The notes under the pieces were generated by a model. It ran no database searches and was not told where the DNA came from. It was given only the letters and a program-made list of their open reading frames with translations. A stretch of 64,000 nt of DNA from Rebecca billardiae RCC1528 (lineage: Eukaryota; Protista; Haptophyta): assembly GCA_965240325.2 (NCBI GenBank), contig OZ251236.1, forward strand, positions 1,426,001 to 1,490,000, read 5' to 3'. A program made the translations under genes and the position numbers. Positions 22,338 through 35,322 of the stretch are shown here, in pieces (within the stretch, counting starts at the first letter, position 1; every line of letters begins with the position of its first letter).

Positions 22338-25300
22338 TCACGTCTGCGGCGCCATGCCGACGCGATCGCGGTTGGCGACGGCTTCTGACGCGAGTGGCGT
22401 GACCTGTTGGTCCGACCCGACGCCGGACTGCACGTACGGCGACGCGCCGTCGTCCTGCGGGCGTGGCCGCACGGGGTGCGTGGGCACGGGTGAGCCGAGC
22501 GAGCAGGGGACACGGCGGGCGCGGCGGGCGTGGCCGCGCGGCCGCTGGGCGCTGGGCGCGTGTGCGCTCACATCCTCTCTGGGCACATCGACGCGTGCGC
22601 GCTCGCCGCCGACCTCCGGTGACACCTCCGAGCGCTCGGCGCGCTTCCATCGGCGGAAGAAGATGAACGCGGCGCAGAGCAGCAGTATGCTGCCGCCTCC
22701 GGCCGCGACGACCGGGATGACCCAATCTGGCAAGCCCTCCGTCTCAGCTGCGAGCGCGGGGCGCGCGGCGGCGGGGGCGGCGGCGGCGGCGGGGGCGGGG
22801 CGCGGCAGCCGTGAGCGCGCAGAGCGGCCGGCGCGGCGCGTGGAGCGCGAGCGAGGCGGCGCGGCGGCGCGCGAGCGCGCTCGTGCGCGGGCGGGCGCTC
22901 ACGGATGATCGTCGCAACGCCAGCGTCGTCGTCGTCGTCGCCGCCGCCGCCTCCTCCGCCACCGCCGCCACCGCTGTCGCCCGAGTCGCCGCCGCCGGAC
23001 GGTGATGGCGAGGCGACCACCTGCGACGGGGAGGCCAGCACCGGGATGCCGAGCGCGGCGGAGAGCTGCGCCGGCGTCGCCGACGAGAGGATGCCGGCGA
23101 TGTCGATGCCGGCGGCGGTGGCGGGGACGAAGATGCGCGTGGTCACCCTGAGCGCGGTCGCCTGCGGCCAGACCGTCTGGTCCCAGACCGCCAGCTGGCG
23201 GCCGCGCCGCCGCCCGTCCACCTCCACCTCTTCCAAGCTGCCCTCGTCAATGGTCACAAACGAGGTGCTGAACACGTTGCTGCCGATCTGGTCGTTGAGG
23301 AACGCGGCGATGTTTGCGCGGAAGGTGGTCCGCACGTCGAGCGTGAAGTCGGCGAGGGTGATGCCCAGCAGCCACGACATCTCGATCGACTCGCCAGGCG
23401 GCGAGGGCGGCGTGGGCGGCGGCGGCGAGGGCGGCGGCGCGGGCGGTTGGGGCGGCGGCGTGGGCGAGGGCGGCGGCGGTGCGGGTGGCGGCGGCGAGGG
23501 CGGCGAGGGCGGCGGGCTGAGGTCGAGGAAGATGGGCGGTGGCGGCGAGGGCGGCGGCGAGGGCGAGAGCGGCGGCGGCTGGGCGCCAATCGACGACCCG
23601 ATCGACGACCCGATCGACGAGCCGATCGACGATCCGATCGACGAGCCGATGCCGTCGAGGTCGCACGTGTCGTCGTCAATGGTGGCGAGCGAGTCGTAGT
23701 TCCTCGCGCGCGGGTCGGTGCAGCCGGCGCATGTCCTGTAGTCGCACAGCCCGCCGTCAGGCATGGGCGCCTGGTTGCCCGTCGTCGCGACCGGGTTGAA
23801 GTTGCACGCGTTCTGGTCCATGCAGCCGAAGATCGCCGGGATGCAGCACTCGGCGCGGAAGCACGAGACGGTCGCAGACGAGTCATAGTTGAGCGCCTCC
23901 GGCACGAGGCAGCCGACAAAGATGCAGTACGAGTCGTCCGGCGTGTTCGTCTGCGAGTTGTACGTGCTTGCGCTCGTGTCCTCGCAGCCGCGGATCACGG
24001 GGATGCAGCCGGTGTTGATCGTCGCCGTCGAGTCGTAGTTGATGAAGCCGTCGGGGAACATGCAGCCCGGGTACGCGCACGTGCCGTCGTCAATGTTTGC
24101 CGAGGGCACATAGTTCTGGGCGTCCGGGTCCGTGCACGCCGGGAACGGGTAGATGCACGAGTCGTCGTTGAAATTGGCGTTGGAGTCGAAGTTGAGCATC
24201 ACGGAGTGGATGCAGCCGAAGAAGGCGCACGTGCCGTCCTCCGTGTTCGCCGAGTCGACGAAGTTGGCCGCGTTGCTGTCCGTGCAGCCGCGCAGCTCGG
24301 GCGTGCACGTCGACGCGAGCGTCGCGCTCGAGTCGTATGCGGGCGAGGTCGAGTCGAGGCAGCCCTTGTACCGGCACGTGCCCGGCGCCTGCGCGGCGGA
24401 GATGTAGTCGGCGGCGAGCGAGTCCATGCAGCCCACGAGCGGCATGTCGCACAGCCCCTCCTCCGCCACGTTCGCCGTCGAGTCGTAGTTGAGCGCCATC
24501 GTGTTGAGGCAGCCGTAAAAGACGATCGCGCACGTGCCGTCGTCGACGACCGCCGCCGAGTCGAAGTTCTCGGCGACGCCGTCGGTGCAGCCGAGCACGA
24601 GCGACTCGCACCCCCCGCTCGAGACGGTCGCAGTCGAGTCGTAGTTGGGCCGGTCCGTCAGCATGCAGCCGTACGCCTCGACCACGCACGAGTCGTCCTC
24701 CGCCTCGGCCGCCGACTGGTAGTTCTCGGCGGTCGAGTCGGTGCAGCCCAAGATGGTGGCCGCGCAGCCGCTCGAGACGGTGGCCGTCGAGTCGTAGTTG
24801 GTCGCCGCAGAGTTCATGCAGCCGACGAACTCGACGATGCACGAGCCGTCGTCCACCATCGCGCGACCGTCGAAGTTGTCCGCCATGCTGTCCGCGCAGC
24901 CGTACGTCAGCAGCTCGCAGTCGCCCGCGACGGTCGCGGCCGAGTCGAAGTTTTGCGCGGTCGAGTCCATGCAGCCGAGGACGTCCACAAAGCACGAGCC
25001 GTCGTCCGCATCGGCTGACGCGGCGAAGTTGTCCGCGCTCGAGTCCGTGCAGCCGAGGACCAGCTGCGCGCACGCGCCAGTGTCGAGCACGGTCGCGCTC
25101 GAGTCGTAGTTGGCGTTGCTCGGCACCGTGCAGCCGCTCACCGCGGCGAAGCACGAGCCGTCGTCGATGGCCGCGCCGTCCGCGTAGTTGTCCGCGGCGG
25201 AGTCGGTGCATCCGCGCGCCGCGGCGACGCAGGTGCCCGAGACGGTCGCGTTCGAGTTGTAGTTGAGCGCGGTCGAGTCCATGCAGCCCTCGACGACGTC

Positions 25301-28300
25301 GAGGCACGAGCCGTCGTCCGACTCCGCGTCCGAGCCGTAGTTCTCCGCGGTCGAGTCCGTGCAGCCGTACGCAGGGATGGCGCAGTCGGCCGGCACCGTG
25401 GCGTCAGAGTTGAAGTTGGTCGCCGTCGAGTCCATGCAGCCCGCAACCTCGGTGAGGCACGAGCCGTCGTCCACGAGGGCGCTCGAGTCGTAGTTGTCCG
25501 CGCCCGGGTCGGTGCAGCCGTACAGCACCTCGTCGCACTCGCCCGCGACGGTCGCGTTCGAGTTGTAGTTGGCGGCGTTCGAGTCCATGCAGCCCTCGAC
25601 CGCGATCACGCACGAGTCGTCGTCCGCCGTCGCGCTCGCGTCATAGTTGTCTGCGGCCGGGTCGGTGCAGCCGTACGCGATCGAGTCGCACGTGCCCGGC
25701 GCGGTGGCGGTCGAGTCGTAGTTCGCCGCGTTCGAGTTCATGCACCCGACGTAGGCGGTGTAGCACGAGCCGTCGTCCACGACCGCCGAGGACGCGTAGT
25801 TGTCCGCGCTCGAGTCGGTGCAGCCAAACTCTGTCGAGTCGCAGCTGCCGTCGAGCGTCGCGGTCGAGTCGTAGTTGGGCGCGTCCGGGTCCATGCAGCC
25901 GATGAAGCCCTCCGCGACGCACGAGCCGTCGTCTACGAGGGCGGTCGAGTCGTAGTTGGCCGCGCTCGAGTCGGTGCAGCCGTAGTTCACCGCGTCGCAC
26001 TCGCCAGACGAGACGGTCGCTTCCGAGTTGAAGTTGGCGGCGTTCGAGTCCATGCAGCCGACCACCTCCTCCGCCGAGCACGAGCCGTCGTCCTCCTCGG
26101 CGGCCGAGTCGTAGTTTGGCGCGACCGAGCTGGTGCAGCCGTACGCGGTGTACACGCAGCCGCCCGACGCGACCGTGGCGTTGGACGCGTAGTTGGTCGC
26201 GGTCGGGTCCATGCAGCCCACCTCGCCCTCCTCCGAGCACGACGAGTCGTCGACCTCGGCGCTCGAGTCGAAGTTCTCCGCGGCCGGGTCGGTGCAGCCG
26301 TACGAGGTGTCGCAGCCGGTGCTGATCGTCGCGTTCGAGTTGTAGTTGCCCGCGAACGAGTCCATGCAGCCGTACACCACGTCGAGGCACGAGCCGTCGT
26401 CGACCATCGCGCGCGAGTCGTAGTTCTCGGAGAAGGAGTTGGTGCAGCCGTACGTGGACACCTCGCACTCGGCCGACACCGTCGCGCGCGAGTTGTAGTT
26501 GGGCGCGGCCGGGTCGAGGCAGCCCGCGTACACGCACTCACTCGCGCGCGTCACGTTGGCCGTCGCGTCGTAGTTCTCCGCCGCCGTGTCGTTGCACCCC
26601 ACCCCGCCGAACTCGTAGTCGATGTCGAGCTGGCGCCGGTTGCCGCCGCCGCCGAGGCTGGCGAGGAAGGCCTCGTAGTCGACGCGGAAGTAGATGCAGC
26701 CCTCGTTCACGTTGGACGCGGAGTCGTAGTTGAGCGCGAGGCTGGACATGCAGCCGCGCACGACCGGCACGCACGTGTGCACGTTGGGCAGGTTGGGGAA
26801 GTCGATGGCGAACTGCTCCGGCCCGTGCGTCGCCCACGACAGGTAGTTGAGCGCGGTCGTGTTCATGCAGCCGTACGCCTTGAACGTGCACGAGCCGGGG
26901 TCGGGCGTGTTGGCCGCCGGGTTGAAGTTGGCCGCGATCGGGTTCAGGCAGCCGCTCACCGGCAGCACGCACGCGTGCACGTTGGGCGCCAACGGGAAGT
27001 CGGCGGCGTACTCCTCCGGCCCGTGCGTCGCCGCGGATTTGTAGTTGAGCGCGTCGGAGTCCATGCAGCCGTACTTCTTGAAGACGCACGAGCCCGCCAG
27101 CTGCGCGTTCGCGAGCGAGTTGTAGTTCAACGCCCGCGGCGACATGCAGCCCGCCACCTCGGCCACGCACGCCGGGTGCGGGTTGGACAGCAGCGGGAAG
27201 TCCACGGCGAACTCCTCTGACGGGTGCGTCGCGAGGGCGTTGTAGTTGAGCGCCGTCGAGTCGGTGCAGCCGTACTTCTTGAAGGTGCACGCGCCGGGCG
27301 TGTGCGTGTTGGCGAGCGAGTTGTAGTTGAGCGCAAACGACGTCATGCAGCCCTGCACCTCGGGCACGCACACGTGCACGTTGGGCGAGAGCGGGAAGTC
27401 GAGCGCGAACTCGTCCGGCCCGTGCGTCGCCGCGGGCACGAAGTTGAGCGCCGTCGAGTCCATGCAGCCGTACACCTTGAACGTGCACGAGCCGTCGTCC
27501 ACCGTCGCGCTCGAATCGTAGTTACGCGCGCGCGACTGCGTGCAGCCCAGGAACGTGTACCGGCACGTGTGCTTGTTCGCGAGCGCGGGAAAGTCGACCG
27601 CGAAGTCCTCCGGCGTGTGCGTCGCCGACGACTTGTAGTTGTCCGCCGTCGAGTCCAGGCAGCCGTACACCTTGAACGTGCACGAGCCGTCGTCCACGTT
27701 GGCGCTCGGGTCGTAGTTGAGCGCGAAGCTCGAGGTACAGCCAGTGACCGTCGTGGTGCACTCGTGCACGTTGGGCGACGAGGGGAAGTCCACGGCGAAG
27801 TCGGCGGGGCCGTGCGTCGCCGTCGACATGTAGTTGTCCGCCGTCGAGTCCAGGCAGCCGTACACCTTGTACACGCACGTGTCGTTGTGCACGGTGGCGA
27901 GCGAGTCGTAGTTGAGCGCGCGCGTCGCCGTGCAGCCGTACACCGGCGGCTCGAAGGTGCACACGTGCACGTTGGGCGCCGACGGGAAGTCGATGGCGAA
28001 CTGCTCCGGCCCGTGCGTCGCCGCCGGGTTGTAGTTGTCCGCCGTCGAGTTCATGCAGCCGTACTTCTTGAACGTGCACGAGCTGTCGCCCGTGTTGGCG
28101 CTCGGGTCATAGTTGAGCGCGCGCGTCGACGTGCAGCCGTACACGCGCGGGACGCACACGTGCACGTTCGTCGCCGACGGGAAGTCGATGGCGAACTGAG
28201 CGGGCCCGGCCGTCGCCGCCGGGTTGTAGTTGAGCGCCGTCGAGTCCATGCAGCCGTACTTGCTGTGGATGCAGAGCGACGACACGTGCACGTTGGCGCT

Positions 28301-31054
28301 CGAGTCGTAGTTGGTCGCAAACGTGGCCATGCAGCCGGGGGCCGAGGGCACGCACGTGTACGGGTTCGCGGCGAGGGGGAAGGCGAGGCTGAACGCCTCG
28401 GGCCCCGCCGTCGCCGTGGCCACGTAGTTGATCGCGGTCGAGTCCAGGCAGCCGTACGTCGGGTAGACGCACGAGCCCGCCAGGTGGTGGGTGGCGCTCG
28501 AGTCGTAGTTGGTCGCGCGCGTGTTGGTGCAGCCGAGCGCCTTGGGCTGGCACACGTACGGGTTGGTCGTCGCCGAGGGGAAGTCGACCGCGTACGCGTC
28601 GGGCCCGTGCGTCGCGAGCGAGTTGTAGTTGAGCGCCGTCGAGTCGGCGCAGCCGTACGTCTTGAACGCGCACCGCGTCGCGTTGTGCACGTTGGCGGCC
28701 GAGTCGTAGTTGAGCGCGCGCGTCGACATGCAGCCGACGATGCCGGGGATGCACGCGTGCACGTTCGTGGCGCCGTCGGCGAGGCCGAGGTCCACGGCGT
28801 ACTCCTCCGGGCCGTGCGTCGCGTACGAGAGGTAGTTGAGCGAGCCGGGCTCCATGCAGCCGTACACCTTGTAGGCGCACATGCTCTCGACGTGCACGTT
28901 GGCGGACGAGTCGAAGTTGAGCGCGCGCGGCGACATGCAGCCGGGGAAGCCGGGGACGCACGAGTGCACGTTGGGCCCGGGCGGCAGGCCGCGGTCGGCG
29001 GCGTACTGCTCCGGCCCGGCCGTCGCCGACGGGTTGAAGTTGAGCGCCGTCGAGTCCGTGCAGCCGTACACGTTGAACACGCAGAGCGAGCGCACGTGCA
29101 CGTTGGCGGACGAGTCGAAGTTGGTCGCGGTCGACGACATGCAGCCGGGGAAGCTGGGGACGCACGAGTGCACGTTGGGCCCGGGCGGCAGGCCGAGGTC
29201 GATGGCGTACTGCTCCGGGCCGGCCGTCGCCGACGGGTTGAAGTTGAGCGCCGTCGAGTCCAGGCAGCCGTACACCTTGTACACGCACGAGCCGTCGTTC
29301 CGGTTGGCGCTCGGGTTGTAGTTGAGCGCGCGCGACACGAGGCAGCCGGGGATGGGCATGACGCACGAGCCGTCGTCCTCCCCGGCGAGTTGCTGGTAGT
29401 TGATCGCGTTCGAGTCCGTGCACCCCCGCGGCACGTACACACACGAGTCGTCGTCGATGTTCGCGTCCGAGTTGTACGCCGAGTTGGACGGGTCCATGCA
29501 GCCCTCCACCTTGGGGATGCAGCAGCCGTCGCAGTCGACCGTCGCCGACGGGAAGAAGTTCCACGCGTCCGGGTCGCGGCAGCCCTCGATCTCGAAGCTG
29601 CACGAGGTGTTGGTCGACGCCTGCGCCTCCGAGTCGTAGTTCGACGCGGAGGGCACCGTGCAGCCGATCTTGAACGGGGCGATGCAGCAGCCGTCGCACG
29701 GCACGGTCGCGCCGGGGAAGTAGTTGAACGCGGTCGAGTCCGTGCAGCCCACGATGTCGTACTGGCACTGGCCGTCGTCCACGGTGGCGAGCGAGTCGTA
29801 GTTGGCCGCGACGTTGTGCGTGCAGCCCAGCCGGGGGAAGATGCACCCCACCTCGCGGCACTCGAACGGCACGCCGTCCTCGGCGAGCGCGGGCGCGAGG
29901 CACGTCTCCGGGTTGAGCGCGGTCGTGTTGAAGCACGCCTCCTGGAAGCACGAGCCGTCCTCCTCGTTGGCCGCCGACTCGTAGTTGGTGGCGAAGGGCA
30001 CGGTGCAGCCCGGCGTGGTGTACCCGCAGCACTCGTTGGCGCCGCCCTGATCCGACGGGCAGCCGCACGTCGCCGCCGAGTCGAAGTTGAACGCCCTCGG
30101 GTCCATGCAGCCAAACTCGCACGGCGGCGGCGGCGGCGGCGGCGGCATCGGCGGGCTGCCCGGCGGCAAGGGCGGCGGCGACGGCGTCACCGGCGGCGGC
30201 GAGGGCGGCGGCGGCGCGGGCGGCGGCGGCGCGGGCGGCGGCGGCGAGGGCGGCGACGGCGCCACCGTCAGAGACACGACAAACGGCAGCTGCGGGATCG
30301 AGACCGGCACGGAGGTCGGCACGGAGGTCGGCAGCGACACCGGCAGCGACACCGGCAGCGACACCCGCGGCGGCGGCTCGACGGGCGGCCCGAGGGGCAC
30401 CTCCGAGAGCACGTCCTTGAACTCGAAGGCGAGCGAGACAACCGAGACCACTGAGAGCGCCGAGATGACGGGCGGCGGCGGCACCGCATCCACCACCGAG
30501 ACGGGCAGCGAGAAGAGCCCGACCGCGAGCGACGGCGGCACAGAGATGGCCTCGGCCGGCACAGAGAAGGCCTCGATCGGCTGCTGGATGGTGATGGAGA
30601 AGACGGAGAGCAGCTCGAAGGTCTCGTCAATGAGCGTGATCGCCACCGACGGCGGCTGCGAGATCGCCGGCACCTCGAGCTCCACAATCGACGGCACTGA
30701 CACCACGGAGATGATCGAGAAGAGCGAGGTGACCGACGGGATGCCCGGCAGAGACGGGATCTCCGGGAACGAGACCGGCACGTCCTCGGGGAGCGAGAAG
30801 GCGCCGAGGTCGGGGATGGCGAAGGAGATCGGCGCCTCGGGCATCGGCAGGTCTTGCGGGATGAACGAGAGCACCAGCTCGGCGCGCGCGCCGCAGAGCA
30901 TCGACAGCGCAATCAGGCTGCAGAGGAGCGCAGACGCGCCCCGCGGCCGTACGCCGCCGCCAGCGGCGGCCCTCCTCCGCGTCGCGCTCGCAGCGCGCGG
31001 CTCGGAGCGAGCAGCTTCGTCAGGCATCATCGAGCCCGCTCGTGTGAACGCCAT
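22338..31054 (-). CDS. Giant (~2800 aa) type I membrane/surface protein with tandem GC(T/M)DxxAxN(Y/F)xxxAxxDDGSC repeats and SPPP-rich stalks; exons 31054-22903, 22747-22572 and 22454-22338 (3' end uncertain)
   Basis: 8-kb uninterrupted ORF with a hydrophobic leader (ALLCSLIALSMLCGARA) and dozens of Cys repeats from ~30120 to ~23660. A spliced exon encodes the TM segment WVIPVVAAGGGSILLLCAAFIFF-RRWKR. Confidence 0.88.
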
Positions 31055-31927
31055 CGAGCCTGACCACGGCAAGCAGCACTCGCACGCGGCGCACCAGGCA
31101 GAGCTGCGACCCTGCGCGAGCAGTTGCGGCGCGAGCGCAGCGCGCGCGCGCGGCCGCGGGCGTGAGGACGAGGCGGCTGTGGCCAGGCACGCTGTGGTGC
31201 GCGCGTGAGGATCACATGCGCCCCGACACACGCTTGCTCCGGCTCCTCCCCACCACGCCTGCCAACGCCGGCCGCGCGCATGGACCAGCCAGGCGCACTC
31301 CATGGACGCCCCGTCCCGCCACGGCCAGCCGGCGGGACACGCGACGTGCTCCGGCGTCGGCGGCGGGCCACGCAGGCGCAGAGCCGAGGTACTCGCGCGT
31401 ACGCACGGCCTGCGCGGCCGCGAGTCGCGCGAGGCGGCCTGCGCACCTGGCTCAGCCTTGCCGCGAGTGCGCTCCAGGCGGCTCAACCCTTGGCGCGGCT
31501 AGCCTCCCCGCTTGCAACGGAGACTTGCGTCAAGCTGACCAGTTGCGGTAAGCCGCTGTCTGCGAAACGCATATTCCGGTGCCCTTGGCGAGCGTGAAAG
31601 GCGAGTCCGGCTTGGCGGTTACCAACTGCTTACAACCCCGACCGAGCTGCGAGAGCAGCTCTGTGATTGGCCAGTCCAGGCGTCGTTGGGGGCTACAAAG
31701 TTGGGAGGACGAAAAGTCGAAATTATTAAAACCCGGTGCAACCTTGATGGCTGCTTTGGCGAGCGATGGCGGCCGCTCCCTCCCGGAGACTTCAAAGTCC
31801 CCCCCTGCTTTGGCGCTATTCAGAAGCCCCCTTGCTCACGCCTACCTGCGCTGATAGATGAGTGATCGGACGTTCGCCATAGAGTACGGACGTAGTACTC
31901 CGCTGCGTCGGGCGCAAGCGCAGCGCT

Positions 31928-34900
31928 TCAGGACTCGAAGGGAGGACTGCCGCTGCCCGCGGCGAGCGTGAGCTGCTGCTGCATCGAGAGCGGCTGCATG
32001 CACGTGTCCGCCTCGCCCCCGGCAACGCCTGGCCAGTCGGGCGGTGGCATTGTTGCCGACGCTGCCGCCGCCGCCGCCTCTGCCGCCGCCACCGCCGCGG
32101 CGGCGGCGGCGGCGGCGTGAGCGGCATCCGGCAACACGGCGGTGCGCGCGCCATCACAAGCGCCGACGCTGCCGCCCTCTCCTGAGCCCGCCAGGGCGCC
32201 CTGCTGCACTGCGTCGAGCTGTCGTGGCGGGTGGGCGTGATGGGCGAGAGGCGAGAGCGCACACGTGGGCGAGCCGTGTCCACGCGCCATCGGCGTGATG
32301 GCCATCCTGCCGGCTGTGGTGGGACGCGCCGCCGAGCCGGCGCCGGGTGTGTCCAGCTCGGTCTCCGCGTCCGCGCAGCCCGCCGGCGTGCGCACGCCCG
32401 CAGAGTGCGCGCGCGACTTGCCGCCGCTGTCTCGGCTGCCTTCGCCGGCGGCGCCGGCGGCGGCGGCCGTCGGCGTGAAAGGCGGTGGCGGCGCCACAAA
32501 GGTAGTCGGCGACCTCCCGTCGGGCCCGCACGCCGGATCGGTGTCGGATCCATTGCCGCGCCGCCCTGCGGACGGTGGCGGCTGGGCGGCGGGCGTGGGC
32601 GTGGGCGCGCTCAGCTCTGCGCCGAGAGCGTGGGACGGCCGCGCGTGCGGCAGGCACACGGCGGGCGAGCCCTGCGTGGCGGCCAGCTCACGCGAGCGCG
32701 GCGTGTCTCCCGATGCGTGCGCCGGTGGTGTCTCCGTCTGCTGCTGCTCCTCCTCCTCCTCCTCCTCCTGCTCGTGCTGCTGCTGCCGTTGCCGTTGCCG
32801 CCGCGGCAGGTCTGAGCCCGCGCGCTCGAGCACTGCGCTGAGCCGACCGCCGAGCCGCGGCGAGGACGGCGCGCAGCCGCCATCGCCATCGCGCGCATCG
32901 GGTGCCGCGCCGCGCGTGGCGCCCGAGCCCGGCGGCGGCTCGGTGTGCGGCTGCGTGCCCTCAGCCAGCGCGGGCGTGCCACGCTCCTCCGTCTCCTCCG
33001 CCTCGGCGGAGCGCTCGGCGGCGCTGGCCGCGCGCGCTCTCGGCGCGAGTGGCGGTCGCAGAGCTTCGCCGGCCGCGCCGTCGACGTCCATGGCACCGGT
33101 GCCCGCGCCCGCGGCGGAGAGCGGCACCGTGCCCTGCTCCACCCCGCGCTCGGCGCCCGCCTCCAACTCAGCCCTGAGCTTGCCCACGGCAGCCGTGGCC
33201 GCCTCGAGCGCGCCGAGCACCGAGCACGCGTGCACGTCCGAGCGTGCCGCGCGCGCGTGCGCCTCCTCCAGCGCCGCGCCCACGCCGGCGGCGTCGGCGC
33301 GCGCGGCGGTCGCGCACGCCTCGGCGGAGAACACGCGCGCGCTCTCCTCCCGGAGCTGCCGCTGCAGGGCGTCGCGCTCTCGCGCGCGCTCGCCCTCGGC
33401 CGCGGCGAGCCGCTGCTCGGCCGCGTCCGCACGCGAGGCCTGCTGGTGCGCGCTCTGCTCCGCAGCCGTGCGCGCCGCGCTCGCCGCCGCCGCCTGCCTC
33501 TGCTGCTCGGCGGCGGCGGCAGTGGCCTCCTGCTGCGCGTGGCGCAGCCGCTCGACCTCGTCTCGCAGGCCCGCGCCGACCTCCCGCTCGGCGCGCAGCT
33601 CCCCCCGGACCTCGCCGAGCTCGCTCTCGTGCCGCGCGGCCGCCGCGTCGAGCGCGCTCTGCGCCTGGCCCGCCTGCGCGCGCGCCTCGGCCGCCTCGGC
33701 GCGCGCCGCCGTGAGGCTCTCGCTGGCGGCGGCGATCTGGGCGTGCAGCGCGTCGATCTGCTGGCGCTGCGAGTCGCACGCCGCCTCCGCCTTCTGCGCG
33801 CGCGCCTCCGCCGCGTGCGCCTTCGCGCGCTCCGCCGCGCCCTCGGAGCGCGCGGCCGCCTGCGCCTCCGTGGCGTCGGCCAGCGCGCGCTCCGCGGCGG
33901 CGCTCTTGCTGTTCGCCTTCGCCACGAGCTCCTCGCCGCGCGCGAGCTGCTCGCGCAGCTCGGCGGCGTCCTTGCGCAGCGAGTCCACCTCGCGCGCGAG
34001 CTCCTCGCGCGCCTGCGCCGCCGCGCTCGCCGCCGCCTCGCGCTCGGCGCGTGCCCTGGCCGCGTCCGCCGTGCCACGCACGACCTCGTTCAGAGCGACG
34101 GCCTCCAGCGCCTCGAGCTCGTGCTGCTGCGCGTTCGCCGTCCGCTCGAGGTCGAGCTTGAGCCTGTTGAGCTCGGCGAGCTGGCGCTGGAGCTCGTCAC
34201 GCGCGCTCGACGCCTCGTCGCGCGCGCGCTTCGCCGCGCGCACCTCGTCCGCGCTCGTCGCTGCGGCGCCGCTCGCGCCGGCCCAGCCCGCCGAGTCGCG
34301 CGCGCGCGCGGGCGGGCGCGCTGGCGAGGTCGTGGGCAGCGGCGCGTCGTCCGGCGAGAGCGGGCGCTTCTGAGCGGGCGCGATCGTCGCGCCGCGCATG
34401 CCAGCGTTCATCGCGCTCGCGAGAGCCGTCGGCACCGAGTGCGGCTCATCCGCGCGCGCCGCGTGCGCGCCGGCGCAGCTGCCGTCCTCAGGCGCGCGCG
34501 CTTCGTCGTCGCTGCAGCGAAAGACGCGGAAGTAGGGCAGCGGGGCGGTTCCCTCGTACTTGCTCGTCACGAGTCGGACCACGTCGCCCTCCCGCAGCGT
34601 CTGGTGCCGCCCGGACCCGTCCGGGTGCTTCGGCACGCGCTTGCGGTTCACAAAGGTGCCATTCGTGCTCACGTCCGTCAGCCTGAGCTCGCCCGCGTCG
34701 GTGCGGTCAAAGTGGCAGTGCACGGAGGAGACGTACTGGAGGGCGACCGCGACGGTGACCTGCGTGCGAGCGCCGCGCGCCGCGAGAGCGCGTGCTCAGC
34801 GAGCGCCGCTGCCGGCGCCGCGCGCGAGAGCACGCGCGCGCGCGCGCGCGCGCACCCGCTCCGGCTCGCGCCCGATCGTCCAGCGCTCGCCCTCGCGCAG

Positions 34901-34969
34901 CCGCACGATCGAGGTGTGATCATTGTCCAAGGCGTCTGCGAAGTGAGCCTCCAGCGTGAGCTCCGCCAT
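31928..34969 (-). CDS. FHA-domain protein with long coiled coil and disordered tail; exons 34969-34856 and 34759-31928
   Basis: FHA hallmarks WTIGR, VSSVHC and LTDVSTNGTFVN..LREGDVVRL span a GT..AG intron, followed by roughly 350 aa of A/E/R-rich coil. Confidence 0.85.
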
Positions 34970-35322
34970 GGGCGCAGAGGCCGCACGCAACCTGACCTGA
35001 GGAGGGCCGGACGCGCTCGTGCGCCACGTTGGTCGATGCTTTGGCGGAAGCGTCTGCAGCCTTTGCGCACTCTTTAATTCTTTTAAGTGTTTTTGCCTTT
35101 TTCCGGGTTTATTCCGCCTGGAAAAAGGTTTCTGCTGTGAATGAGCACCAATGCACGTGCCCAAAAGCCCTGTTAGCCCAGGCACAGCATCCAGCCCTGG
35201 CCAGCGTTGCGCTGGACGACACGACGGTCGACGGCACTGGCGCTCGTCGGCCGGGAGGCGGGACTGCCGGGACTCGTTGGCCACCGCGGCGCGGCGCGCG
35301 GCCTGTGGTACGCGCGCCGGGC

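Noticed and set aside
27224-30454. 1076-aa plus-strand ORF and similar long Arg/Ala-rich ORFs (12654-14300, 14948-17230, 32265-34373, 32945-35077)
   Set aside because: Antisense or alternate-frame shadows of real genes caused by high GC and scarce stop codons.
31055-31486. N-terminal 144 aa of the 2972-aa ORF
   Set aside because: Non-ATG start and UTR-like composition; the signal peptide follows the ATGs at 31054/31030.
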